A stretch of DNA of 64,000 nt from a virus, in IMG/VR virus record IMGVR_UViG_3300027896_000017, positions 32,001-96,000 of that record; one strand, given 5' to 3'. Position numbers and translations under genes: made by a program. Positions within the stretch are counted from its first letter, which is position 1. Every line of letters starts with the position of its first letter. Of the stretch, positions 30,301 through 40,700 are shown in pieces. Under the pieces are notes generated by a model that saw nothing but the letters and a program-made list of their open reading frames with translations, searched no databases and was not told the origin of the DNA.

Positions 30301-33300
30301 CGTTTCCTATCATGATTCCTAAAAAATATCCAAATTCTTTTGTTAATTCTACACTATCAACACAATTAATAGACATTTTGTTTCTTTTAGAATAATTATT
30401 TAATAAAATATGTGTCACTGATTCCTCAATATTAAGTTGTTTAACTTTAGGTATTTGTTTTCCTACAATTTGTTTAGGGCTAATTTTTTCAAGATTCCAA
30501 GTATTAGTATTTAAATACACTGCACTATGATCGTCAGATAATATTAATGAATTTTTATCAGACATAGTAATTATACATGAGTTTAAATTTGGATGAATAG
30601 AAAAATGAGATACCGGTACAGATATGATTTGTTTTGTTTTATTGTCGATTGTTATAATTTTTATTCCTTTAGGAACCTCATATTCAATATTATTGCTATT
30701 TGTTAGCCGTTGAGTTCCCTCGATTCGGGGGAAATCTTCAATATTAATATGTATAATCTTTTCGCTGTCATTAATAATTAATCTATTTAATGTTGGCATA
30801 CTAACAATCCTTTCTGATAAGTATTTAATTGGATTATAATAAATATACTTATTTGAAAGGAATTGTGCAAGATATTTTTCATGTAAATTATTTAATTTAT
30901 TTCTATCAAAATCTCCGCCAAAATGAATTATTTTCTCATTCTTAATTTCATGTTTAATAATATTAAAATTAACTATAACAAAGACACTTTCCAACCCGCT
31001 ATCTCCGTCAAAATCCCCTCCAAAGTTTTTACTTACCACTACTCCTGGCACCTCTATAGATTTACCTTCTGTCAATATCGGTTTAAATGCAGTCATATTC
31101 CATCTGTGTAATGATGGCGCTCTGTTAGCTATTATTAATCGCTCATCAGCCACAACGTCCCTAGCTCTTTCTGCAACAGAAGTTTTATCTTCTATTTGTT
31201 TTTGTGCTTCAAGAGGCGTATACCCCCAACTCACCATTTTTTTCATTATAAAAGGTCTGAATATTTTAGAAGCCATTTCTTTAGGTATACCCATCTGATC
31301 TCCACCCAAATCTGGATTTAAAATAATAGTGGAGCGACCAACAAGATCCTGGCGTCTTTCTAAAACCTTATCTTGAAAGAAGCCTTCTTTTGATTGATTA
31401 GAACCCGCAATCTGTTCTACAAATCCTTTTTTATTTTTAATTCTATTAAGATATGAAGTTGGCGCTTGAAGGCCGGTAACAGATTTTAAGTCGTTATATA
31501 ACTGCCCCCTGGCTTCGGCTAATTGTAAGTTTTTAATATCCTCATTAGGGATTGATTTATCAAGTTGAGATTTTAAATCTTTTAACGCATTGGCTGTATG
31601 AGCTGTCTGTTGATACAAATCATTTATATCAGACATTATAATGGCGCCATCTCCAGCCATAGGTATCACCGGTCTGTATTTAGAAGGAGTGACCAATACG
31701 TTAGAAACTAAATAATCGGCAGGCTTCATTTTATGTTCTTTTAGTGCCCTTAAATATTTAATTTTTTTATTAAGTTTATCTATTTTTGTTGAATTTCTTT
31801 CATTTTTTAAAGCTTCAGTAGCTTGGTCTAAAGTTTCATTTACATCAATTGCTCCCAACATCGTCTCAAGGGCAGGTCCACCTGAAATGGAATCAGGAGT
31901 TCCAGGGCTAACTAGTTGTCCCGTTTTTTTATTAATAAATTGTTTGCCAGTAATGACGCCTTCCAATTTTATTAAAGGCATATCTAAAAGATTGGCTGCG
32001 GCATTCGCGGCAATTGGATTAAGTGTTTTTTCTGGTAATGAGAAATGTGTAAAATGATCACCAAAAATTCCACCAGCTTTAACAGGGTCAAACAGCCCTT
32101 CTTTAATGGGGGCCATGTCTTTTAAACGATATGTTTCCGTAGGATTTAATAATTCTCCGCGAGACCGCTCCAATATATCCTTATCAGTCAGGGGTTTTAA
32201 AATAAAATTTTTCCCTTTTTGTTGAACATTAATTCCAGAGCCTTGCATATTAGCAAGAAGCTTATCCCACACAAAAGCTTTATTAGGCGGAGGCAAAGTT
32301 TGACCTGTTTCCATAGCTTTCCAATATTCATCATTGCGCTGCCCCTTTATTGAAAACATTTCTCTTAAATTTTCTTTAGCCCCACGAGCAAGTAGTGCGG
32401 CCGTTTCCATGCGACCAATATTTTTACCACCAGTTTCGCCACCAGATGCGGGCTGCTCATTAGAATCGTATTCATCACGGTATCTGGCTGAATATTTATG
32501 ATCTATTTTATGTTCTAGTTTAAGTATATGAGCAAAACCTGTTGCGACAGGATTTTTGTATGGCTGCTTAGTATCTGGATCGATTAATATATCCTTATCG
32601 GAAACTCCAGCTTCTTTCATATCTTGTAAAATTTTTCTAGAATTATCTTCTGGTGAAAAATTTCTAATAGGATATTGCTGTCCGGTTTTCCAGGCAATTT
32701 TACCAGCAGCGGATTCTAATAATTGCGAGGTATTGATTCTATTAGAAACTCCTATAGGACTCATGGTTAAATCAATATTTTTACCAGTTGTTGGATTAAA
32801 TGGCATTTCATTATCCGGAACTATCTTTGCTATTATATGTTTATTGCCATGCAATCCCGATATTTTATCGGCAACCTTTAAAGGTTCTTCTGTTTTAACG
32901 CTGACAACAACACTATTGCCTGATTTTTTTACATCTGTAACCGTTCCAATATGATCGTTATCCCAACGAATGGCATTGTCAGCCATATCTCTTTTCAATT
33001 GCTTGTCAAGTCTTCCAATAGCAATATCATCAGCAGTAGGAGATTTGCGCTCCAAATGAGCAATAACAATATCATCACGTTTTACTGTTTGGCCAGGAAG
33101 AATAACACCTTCTTTATCTAATTTTTTCATGTTTTCTGAGGTCAGTTCTTCAGGATAATAAGCCTTATATTTATTTGCAGAAAATACGCCTTTTGATGTA
33201 CGTTTAGTTTTTAAATCATATATATGTTGAGATGTTAATTTTTTTGCAGCAGACTCAGACATGATTGCAGAATCTTCATAATTGTAACCTTTATAAGGCA

Positions 33301-35260
33301 TATAGGCCACATGAAGATTGGCGCCCAAAGCCATCTGACCATCTTTGGTAAAATTATTATCAGCTAATATATCATTAACTTTTACTTTATCACCAACTTT
33401 TACTAAAGGTTCATTATGTAAATAACTTTCAGAATTTAATGAAAAATTATGATAAACAGGAATGACATATTCTTTGCCCGATTTATCTGAAAGAGTAATT
33501 TTATTAGGAGTTATTTTTTTAACTTCCCCGTCTATGGGGGACTTAGGAATTGCTATAAGACTGGCCAATTCTTCGCCAAAAGGTTTACCCTTATCATTAA
33601 TAATTTTAAATAAAGGTTTTTCACGATTTTTTAATGATATGGCTTGCTCTTGCATTTTAGAGGCTGTTAATCCACGGTTGCCTTGAATGGAATCAAGAAA
33701 TGGGATTGAGTTGGCTGAAGTATCGAACATACCCATAGGACTGGCTATTATATAATCTACGTCGCCTTTTTTAACTTCGCCCAATTTGCCGGCTCGCACT
33801 ATTTTAATTTTATCTGAAATCGGATTAGGCTTCTTGTCGCCCATATTATTAAATTGAAATTGATCTGGAAAAGCCACATTTTTATTATGAACATCAATGG
33901 GTCTTAAAAGAACATATTCACCATTGGGCTTCATAAATTTAGAATAAAGATCGTTTCCAACTTTGATAGTATCATAAGAAGTATGCACAGCAATCCCAAT
34001 GTTACCACCTTCAGGCGTATGCAATGGGTCTACAAAGCCAACTTCACTATTTGATATCTGTCTGGCCTCATTGGTCACTGCGTTAGCGGAACCTATACCG
34101 CCTTCGCCCATCACGGTAAATTTAGTACCTTCTCCAATAATAGCCATTGGATTTGTTTGATTGGGAGGGCTGGATAATTGGCTATTGGTAATTGTGCCTA
34201 TAGTATAAGCATTAAATGTTTGAGGACTTAAAGATTTATTAATAGAACGATTTCTATTTAACTTGAATTTAATGTTATTAACAATCTTTCCGGCATTTTT
34301 AATTAAATTCTCTTTAATGTGATCCTCTACATCATAAAAAGATTTAAATACTAATGCTTCTCTATCATCGCTATCTACGACGCCGCGATTTATATCTATA
34401 ATTTTTTTAGAAGCATCGAGTATGGCGTCTTTATTTACATTGGTATATGGCTTACCAAGAGTGATCTGTGTAACATCCGGATCTAATTTGGTGGCAAACA
34501 ATCTGGTTTTAATTTGTTCAGAAACATTTAATGGATTTAAATCTTTAGCTGGTTGTTTACCGAACACCGCTTCATAAAATTTTTTTTGATTGACGTCTTG
34601 CTGGCGAGTATAGGCCATTGAGTTAATATCGAAAACATCCTGACCCCATGAATTAATTAGTTCTTTATCGGTGATTCCAACAGATCTTAAAGCATTAATT
34701 AAAGGCACATGCTTTGTGCCATAGGCCATTGAGAATATTTTTCTTTCAGGGTCAAATTCAATTTTAAAATTATTATTAAATCCTCGCGCAAAATCTATTG
34801 TTTTGTCTACATTAAAAAAAGAACTAATTTCACCGTTCTTTTGATATTTAGTATAGACACCAGGTTTTAATCTGGCTTGTTTTATAAATTGATATTCATT
34901 CCCTCCGATTAAAAACGTCCCCCTGTCAGTCAGCTTGGGGATATCTGCTATTTTCATGTTATTAACTTTATCAATGACTTTATTGGTTTTTTTATCTATT
35001 AATTCTAAATCAGCCCTGATATCATTGGACCATAATTGGCCTTTATTACGCACATCTTTTTGTTCTTCTATATCTTTATTATCATACTTTTCAACAATTT
35101 TAACATTATTGGCTTTTAATTGAATATTAGGATCGTCAATGGAATTTAAAATTTGCCCAACTGTAGTTTTTACAGCAGTATTAATAAGAATATTATTTCT
35201 TACATCCTGATCTAAATTTAATAATTTATTTAAAATCTGTTGAGAGGATTCGGTTGACAT
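27320..35260 (-). CDS. rpoBC: DNA-directed RNA polymerase beta-beta' fusion, intein-containing
   Basis: beta motifs TPEGGNIG, NRGLTASKMQEQA, GYNYED, DKISGLHGNK, KLEHKIDHK, GGKNIGRME; beta' motifs RRQDLVGRS, NRAPSLHR, GGDFDGD, GARGG (bridge helix), EPSLNMAMKAFHTGG (trigger loop). Confidence 0.95.
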   Translation of the reverse strand: MSTESSQQILNKLLNLDQDVRNNILINTAVKTTVGQILNSIDDPNIQLKANNVKIVEKYDNKDIEEQKDVRNKGQLWSNDIRADLELIDKKTNKVIDKVNNMKIADIPKLTDRGTFLIGGNEYQFIKQARLKPGVYTKYQKNGEISSFFNVDKTIDFARGFNNNFKIEFDPERKIFSMAYGTKHVPLINALRSVGITDKELINSWGQDVFDINSMAYTRQQDVNQKKFYEAVFGKQPAKDLNPLNVSEQIKTRLFATKLDPDVTQITLGKPYTNVNKDAILDASKKIIDINRGVVDSDDREALVFKSFYDVEDHIKENLIKNAGKIVNNIKFKLNRNRSINKSLSPQTFNAYTIGTITNSQLSSPPNQTNPMAIIGEGTKFTVMGEGGIGSANAVTNEARQISNSEVGFVDPLHTPEGGNIGIAVHTSYDTIKVGNDLYSKFMKPNGEYVLLRPIDVHNKNVAFPDQFQFNNMGDKKPNPISDKIKIVRAGKLGEVKKGDVDYIIASPMGMFDTSANSIPFLDSIQGNRGLTASKMQEQAISLKNREKPLFKIINDKGKPFGEELASLIAIPKSPIDGEVKKITPNKITLSDKSGKEYVIPVYHNFSLNSESYLHNEPLVKVGDKVKVNDILADNNFTKDGQMALGANLHVAYMPYKGYNYEDSAIMSESAAKKLTSQHIYDLKTKRTSKGVFSANKYKAYYPEELTSENMKKLDKEGVILPGQTVKRDDIVIAHLERKSPTADDIAIGRLDKQLKRDMADNAIRWDNDHIGTVTDVKKSGNSVVVSVKTEEPLKVADKISGLHGNKHIIAKIVPDNEMPFNPTTGKNIDLTMSPIGVSNRINTSQLLESAAGKIAWKTGQQYPIRNFSPEDNSRKILQDMKEAGVSDKDILIDPDTKQPYKNPVATGFAHILKLEHKIDHKYSARYRDEYDSNEQPASGGETGGKNIGRMETAALLARGAKENLREMFSIKGQRNDEYWKAMETGQTLPPPNKAFVWDKLLANMQGSGINVQQKGKNFILKPLTDKDILERSRGELLNPTETYRLKDMAPIKEGLFDPVKAGGIFGDHFTHFSLPEKTLNPIAANAAANLLDMPLIKLEGVITGKQFINKKTGQLVSPGTPDSISGGPALETMLGAIDVNETLDQATEALKNERNSTKIDKLNKKIKYLRALKEHKMKPADYLVSNVLVTPSKYRPVIPMAGDGAIIMSDINDLYQQTAHTANALKDLKSQLDKSIPNEDIKNLQLAEARGQLYNDLKSVTGLQAPTSYLNRIKNKKGFVEQIAGSNQSKEGFFQDKVLERRQDLVGRSTIILNPDLGGDQMGIPKEMASKIFRPFIMKKMVSWGYTPLEAQKQIEDKTSVAERARDVVADERLIIANRAPSLHRWNMTAFKPILTEGKSIEVPGVVVSKNFGGDFDGDSGLESVFVIVNFNIIKHEIKNEKIIHFGGDFDRNKLNNLHEKYLAQFLSNKYIYYNPIKYLSERIVSMPTLNRLIINDSEKIIHINIEDFPRIEGTQRLTNSNNIEYEVPKGIKIITIDNKTKQIISVPVSHFSIHPNLNSCIITMSDKNSLILSDDHSAVYLNTNTWNLEKISPKQIVGKQIPKVKQLNIEESVTHILLNNYSKRNKMSINCVDSVELTKEFGYFLGIMIGNGSTSGKKIDIATIHQDIENSFKSNIIKLLKTEPTFWSNEYKKKICNSKNEYIGKNISLSNISLAENLRNIIGHNCYNKHLPPCYMSSPKEFKLGLLSGMLDTDGSIGFSNSNGSFKFRYATTSLRLADEILTMCKSLNISCLISYYSKNNNSYYNIGMSSIDIRGKELIFKNKEKSLIYRKFLSSSMATNRTINMVDRVPWNKDLYDKCEKFIKDPIMRDSMRKACRKGLLGRLMSKKIISMSNNCLPSEWIEIVNNNTITWLTADKVNFIDKKQCLYDITVPGPMTFMCSNGIPVFDTFQLHVPISPKAIAEAEKMKPSASMLKTGYDSVLNVPQMDMIVGSWLVSKGKGGQDTGLKFDTLEQARNAFKQNKFTYADSVTVGDKKAPFGMHEINSVVPDDLKKYDIELNGKNVESWIRDVTKKHNGKIALGLADKIKDVGNNYSTIFGFTLGVSDTVVDRDLRDSLVREAEKNSDKKDPMSIVKAFSSMTMKGRKELENKYGENTMIGVGLKSGGTKGIDNISAIALMPGIVTDAEDRPIPLPITKSYSEGLDTFGYWSAAHGARGGNIKKSISSSKPGWLTKDLINSIYETRITHDEPVDNKGFEYDINDNKGILNRFLAQDAKADNGKIIAKRNDIVTSDVANKLSQHGIKKVYVQSPITDPTPGDGFSSFSYGVNYDGKKPNIGDNIGIISAHTITEPSLNMAMKAFHTGGALQIQKKPGSTVFDQLFDTLRFTKNNPDKATLASIDGVVKDIKKSPIGGWDVHLDNGEKQEIRYIDANNQPLVKPGVLVKSGDLLSTGTPSAHDILKYKGMPETQKFLVNHINELMEGKLDKRDIETVVRGLTNTTRILEPGSHPNYLKGDVAPLTTVEHYNNNNLKEESIYDTEGDHLAQNYGPFKANTKIDESVINKLDERGFKRIKVFKDRIKHEPFLTPTGIQAKAQSSEDWIARLAHNRIAKVLEEGTTQSWKSISNPLNHPIPEYVTGNYTW
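29408..31000 (-). mobile_element. intein with LAGLIDADG homing endonuclease (531 aa; Ser1 ... Phe-Asp | Thr+1)
   Basis: Interrupts DFDGD|TFQLHVP; block B SDDH; LAGLIDADG motifs FLGIMIGNG and LLSGMLDTDGS; block F/G LYDITVPGPMTFMCSNGIPVFD. Confidence 0.9.
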
Positions 35261-35341
35261 TTTATTACCTTAAGTGTGAGTGGTTAATACTATAAATATA
35301 ATAAATGGCTTATTTATTGTGATATTTATTAAAAATAACTG

Positions 35342-35354
35342 AAATAACTATTAT
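35342..35354 (+). promoter_or_regulatory. putative phage promoter AAATAAC-TATTAT
   Basis: Copy of the recurring motif at the head of the plus-strand replication region. Confidence 0.5.
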
Positions 35355-35484
35355 GGATGATTTAATATTTTTTGTCTTTAAATTAATAGCCCCTAATCTA
35401 AATATTACTATTGAAAAGAAAAAAAATCCACTATAATGAAGAGGTCGGTCTTCATTTATTTATTCACAACAACAAAGGGGTCTT

Positions 35485-35988
35485 ATGAGAGCTTATACAT
35501 TTGTGTTAGGAAGGTTGATGCCTGGTATCGCTACCACCAAAGATGAAGCGTTAAAGGAAGAGATCGTGTTTCTGGGTAATAACGATGGTCCTAAATCAAA
35601 ATGTAAGAAGGTATCGATGGATAAAAGCAATCCAGCCCAAATAAAAGATGGACTGATTACTTTTGCTCACCCAAGAACTATTGGAAAAGATAAGAGCAGG
35701 TTTCTTGTTTTAGCACGACCCGACCGTGGAATCAATAACGTGCTGTTGAGGGTTAACACCGGCTCATTGGATTCTAACAGCAAGTCGCGTGGATGGTGGA
35801 CACCTAAGGATGGAAATGCACAAGTTAAATATGAAGCAAAAGGGTGTCGTCCTAATGGCAGCACATATTGTGATGACTTGGTAACATTGGCTCCGGGAGA
35901 TAGCATCATTGCTTATCCAGAAGGTGAAGAAAAAGGTTACGAACTCAAGAATACGATGGGGAAGTTGCACATGTGGAGAGAAAAATAA
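35485..35988 (+). CDS. hypothetical protein
   Basis: 167-aa ORF, AAGGGG RBS, followed by a terminator. Confidence 0.75.
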   Translation: MRAYTFVLGRLMPGIATTKDEALKEEIVFLGNNDGPKSKCKKVSMDKSNPAQIKDGLITFAHPRTIGKDKSRFLVLARPDRGINNVLLRVNTGSLDSNSKSRGWWTPKDGNAQVKYEAKGCRPNGSTYCDDLVTLAPGDSIIAYPEGEEKGYELKNTMGKLHMWREK

Positions 35989-36006
35989 TAATTAAAATTA
36001 TATAAA

Positions 36007-36063
36007 GAATTTGGTTTGGTTGAATTAATATTCAGCCAAACCAATTCTCTCTTTACTTTTTTT
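36007..36063 (+). terminator. intrinsic terminator
   Basis: TTGGTTTGGTTGAAT/ATTCAGCCAAACCAA hairpin plus T-rich tail. Confidence 0.65.
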
Positions 36064-36147
36064 CAGGAGGGTTATGTTTGCAATAATGTTAATGATTCTT
36101 GGCTGGTAAATTTAATTTCCAGATTAGAATTATTATTGGAGGAATAG

Positions 36148-36942
36148 ATGGGTGTTTTTGATATTTTTAAATTTAAAAAACAAAAAAAATACGATATCAC
36201 TGAAAAGCGACTAAAGAAATATGCAAAAATTACATTTAAATGTATTATTGGATTTTATAAAGATATTTATAAATTAGCCGTCGCCCAAGATGAACTGGAT
36301 TCTTGGAAAAAATTTATACGCGAAATGGAAGATGAGTTTGGATTTGGAATCAATTCCAAATTCAGCATGGAATATTTAGAAAACATTAATTTCAAGTTAG
36401 TATCAATATATCATTATGGTATTTCAAAAATTATAAAAAGAAAATTATCATATTCTGATTATAGTTTATATAAATCTATGATGGAAAAAACTCTGGATAA
36501 TAGTATTAAGTCCAGGATTACATCCAACGAATCCATCATAATGAACATGCTTAATGTTGATCCATCAATATTGCCTATTAAATATGTTCAAATGGTTTTA
36601 TCGATTAATGACTTTGTTCATGCTACTAATTTGATTATTAAAGAATTAAAAAAAGTAAATGATTTTAAAAATTATGATTCATATATGCAATATTATGAGT
36701 ATGTTAAAAATAAAGTTCAAATAATTAATAATCTACTTCATGAAAATGGATTTTATAATACTCATAATTTAGAAAGATTTACTCTTTTGGCAATGTCGTA
36801 TGTATGTGGGTTTCCAACTATGGATACGTTATATAAAAAACCAATAAATGATGGTGAAACGGTTCCGGATGAAATGATTAAAGAAATTCAAAAACGATTA
36901 TTTCAGATGGTTGGTAAAAATATAGACGAACTTGATGCATAA
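36148..36942 (+). CDS. hypothetical protein
   Basis: 264-aa ORF with GGAGG RBS. Confidence 0.75.
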   Translation: MGVFDIFKFKKQKKYDITEKRLKKYAKITFKCIIGFYKDIYKLAVAQDELDSWKKFIREMEDEFGFGINSKFSMEYLENINFKLVSIYHYGISKIIKRKLSYSDYSLYKSMMEKTLDNSIKSRITSNESIIMNMLNVDPSILPIKYVQMVLSINDFVHATNLIIKELKKVNDFKNYDSYMQYYEYVKNKVQIINNLLHENGFYNTHNLERFTLLAMSYVCGFPTMDTLYKKPINDGETVPDEMIKEIQKRLFQMVGKNIDELDA

Positions 36943-36996
36943 AAGGATCAAATCTAAAATTTGATCCTATTTTTTTTATTATATTACAGGAGAATT

Positions 36997-37254
36997 ATGA
37001 CTACTAAAAGATTATGTAAAACAAATAAAGAAGCGCTTAGATGGTGTAAATCCAGAGGCGCCGTGATAGAATTTGGAGACTGGAGAAAATTCATAGGTAT
37101 GAGGCATATTCCTGAAGGAATAACCTGCATGGTGGCTATAACAAAATTAAAAAAAAATGAAAAAGTAAGTTACGCCCCAGAGGATAGTATAAGCAAAACC
37201 CTTTTAGACGCAGTAAATAAATGGATTAAAAAAATAAATTTAAAAAAAAAGTAG
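36997..37254 (+). CDS. hypothetical protein
   Basis: AGGAG RBS before ATG 36997. Confidence 0.65.
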   Translation: MTTKRLCKTNKEALRWCKSRGAVIEFGDWRKFIGMRHIPEGITCMVAITKLKKNEKVSYAPEDSISKTLLDAVNKWIKKINLKKK

Positions 37255-37468
37255 TATATTTTTTTAATTACATACCACTATATATAGTGTGGTATTTAAT
37301 AAAAAACACAACATGTAGTTAAGTTAAATTTATTAACAATTAGTATAAAGTTTTATATAGATTTTAATTATTTATTATGATATATTTAAAATCTAACAAG
37401 GTTAAAAAAATGCCAATCCATTCTATCAATATTTCATTCAATTCAACCTCAACAATAATGGAGCTGTT

Positions 37469-37708
37469 ATGTCAAACACAAAAGTGTATGATGGTAAATT
37501 TTCAAATGGCGTTGCATATGAAATTCATCATTCAACAGGTTTTTCCAATCAGTCGGAATTGGCTGTTAAAATAGGAGATGCTTTCATCACTGTTATTAAG
37601 TCCTCACAAAAACGAAATGGCAATATAGAATTTTCCGCATCATCCAATGGAAAAGTTATAATTAAAACCGTTAAAGATCTTCCCGCAGAATCTCTCAAAT
37701 CTCTTTAA
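37469..37708 (+). CDS. hypothetical protein (79 aa)
   Basis: GGAG RBS; plausible composition. Confidence 0.6.
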   Translation: MSNTKVYDGKFSNGVAYEIHHSTGFSNQSELAVKIGDAFITVIKSSQKRNGNIEFSASSNGKVIIKTVKDLPAESLKSL

Positions 37709-37767
37709 TAAATAATATTATTTATTAAATATATTTTTTTACATTTTTCCACCAATAAGAGGTTTAC

Positions 37768-40700
37768 ATGGGCGATAAATATAAAGTTAAAAAAGACGAT
37801 CTTCGTGCTTTATTTTCCACAGCCGACATGCTCATGGAAAACCGCTATCACGGCCTATATGAAAAATTTGGCTGGAAAAAGGGTTCCAATGGGAATTATC
37901 ATTGCTGGAATGTAGGCGCTCACTCAAAGGGCGCTGACCTTCATGCGTCATTGTCGGTAGATAATAGAACTGGTCTATGGCATTGTTTTTCCTGCGGTAT
38001 TAAAGGCAATTTCCAATCGTATTGGAAAGAATACCTGAAAGGAAGACATGGCGACTCATATACTGATTTTATTATCGATTTTTTAGGTTTGCAGAATAAA
38101 ATAAATTTCAGCAAAGAACTTAGCGATCCAGACTATGAAAAGAATTCAAAACAGATATGTGAACTATTTGACAGGCTTCAAACAGAAAGAGTAAAAGAGC
38201 GCGGTAAGCCTATGATGTTGTCGAGCAGCCTTACAGAAATAATAAAAGAGACAACATCATTACCTATGTCTGAATTAAACGAGATGGTAGATAGATTATT
38301 GAAGGATACTGAAGCTTTAAATTATCTACATGAAACCCGCAGAATTACTCCTGAAGTAATCAAGAAATACAAATTGGGATTAACAGACAAGGGAAAATTT
38401 ATCTTTCCCCAGATCGGTGCTGATGGTTCATTAATTAACCTGAAAGCATATGATCCACGCAATCCTAATACTGATTTCAAGTGGAGTTATCCTCATAGAG
38501 GGCTTGGATATGGTCCAATGCCTATCAATAACTTTACTCACCAAAAGATCTATTTCTTTGCCGGCGAACCTGACTGTTATTGCGCTTTAGCTATGGGAAT
38601 AGACGGGGCGGTAACATTAGGGAGTGAAGCCATGACGGACGTAGATAAGATATTTGGAGAAGATAAAGCCAAACAATTGTTTTATGGAAAAGAAACAGTT
38701 GTTTGTCTGGATGCTGACGATTCAGGAATGATCGCGTCAAAAAAGTTAGCTGATTCTCTATATAAATATGTTAAACAGGTTAAAATCATTAATTTTAATA
38801 TATCAGAAATAAATCCTAATGGATTAGATCCTAATAAAATGATTAAGATTTCTAAAGATGGTAAAGAAAAAATGAAAAGAGCGGAAAAAGATTTTACCGA
38901 ATTTATGGTAAAAAATGGGTTTGGTAAAGAAGCCATTGATATGTTTTATGCTTTAGAAAAAGAAACAATAGTATATACACAAAATACAGACAGGACATCC
39001 AGAGAAATTTTTAAAGTAACCTTACAAGAATCAAGAATGCCAAAGTATTATAGTTTTGATGGTAGTAAGGTCATTCGTTTAGTGGCGTCAGTGGGAGATT
39101 TTGATGGAAGGGCCATTTTATATCCTAAAGAAATTGGTGTTAAATGTGGCGCAATGTGCAATCCCGACAATGTTACGACAATGTGCAGATATTGCAAATT
39201 ACCTACATTATCAGGATTTAACAAAGCTTCTAGTCAAACATTACATATTGAACGGGAGCTACCCAAGGAATTTGAAAATGATCCCACTTATATTAAAGCT
39301 ACCGAACACGATATATTAGGACTTGTAGAAGTAACTGAAAATCAGAAATTACAGCAAATTAAAAAATTGTGTCAGATTAATGACCACTGTAAAAGCGCTA
39401 TTATTCAAGATTTGGCTCATGAAAAACTTTTACACGTCAGATTGGTTAAAGATATTAACGAATTTGGCGATCCTACCGATTCGGCCGGACAGACATTTAC
39501 AGCTATTGATATGGACGCTTATATGGTTGAAAAGGATATTTATCCTAATCGATCTTATGAATTTGAGGCCGTTTTAACCACATCTTGGAATGGCCAGCAA
39601 AGCGTATTATTTTGCCATAAAGCCGAACCAATAGCGACTTGTATTGATACATTTAAAATGGATCAGCAGAATTATGAAATTCTGCAAGTTTTTAAGCCAA
39701 AGCCAAATGAAACTATTAAACAGCATCTTAAAAGGCGATATGACATATTCGCCAACGCCTGCGGTGTAACTGAAAGGCGAGAAATGTTTTTTGTAGAAGA
39801 TTTGGTTTTCTTCTCTCCATTGCAAATTAATAATAAAAAACTTTTACCAGGAATCACCAGAGGATGGGTAGAAGCTCTTATTATTGGAGATACAAGAACA
39901 TGCAAAACATTGATAACTAAATGGTTAAGAAATCATTATAAAATGGGTGATATGGTGACTGGATCTACCGCAGTTACTCGTTCAGGATTGTTGGGCGGCA
40001 TTAGAACGGGATTAAACAGACCAATGGTTTCATGGGGTAAAATACCAATGAATGATGGCGGTTTAATTATTATAGATGAATTGAGCAACGTTGATATTAA
40101 AACGTTGATTGATTTAACCGGTTGTCGCTCAGAGGGCATTGCTTCTATTGATGGCATCGCTTCTGGTAAAGTATTAGCAAGAACCAGAAAAATAATGCTC
40201 TCAAATCCCAGGGCTATGCGTTCTGAAAATGAAAAGAATCCACCCTATGGAATTATAGGTGTTAAGGATTTTTGTGTAAAAGATGAGGTTCTATCTCGTT
40301 TTGATATAGTGCTTATTGTTCGGGAAAGCGATGTTCCCGCAGCTTCATATGTTTCATCATATGAACAAATAAACACTGAATTTAACGAGCTTCAATGTCA
40401 GACATTGATACGTTGGATTTATTCAAGAAAACCCGATCAATATGTATTTGAAGAAGGTTTTGAAGAAGCCATCGATAAGTATATGAAAAAAATGCTTATT
40501 AAATATCATGAATCCACACAGTTGGTTAATCAGGAAATGCGAGCTAAATTAATGAGAATGTCTATGGCATTAGCTGGCGGATTGGCGTCTATGCCGGAAG
40601 ACGATTGGGATAAAATATATACGAAAATAGAACATCTTGATTATATAGTAGAATTTTTAGACCAAATATATTGTCACCCAAATATGCAGATGGACCACTA

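Noticed and set aside
37261-37460. AT-rich gap with ATACCAC/GTGGTAT palindrome as a replication origin; 65-aa ORF 37377..37574
   Set aside because: No iterons seen, and the hairpin may simply be a terminator. The ORF lacks an RBS and overlaps a better-supported gene
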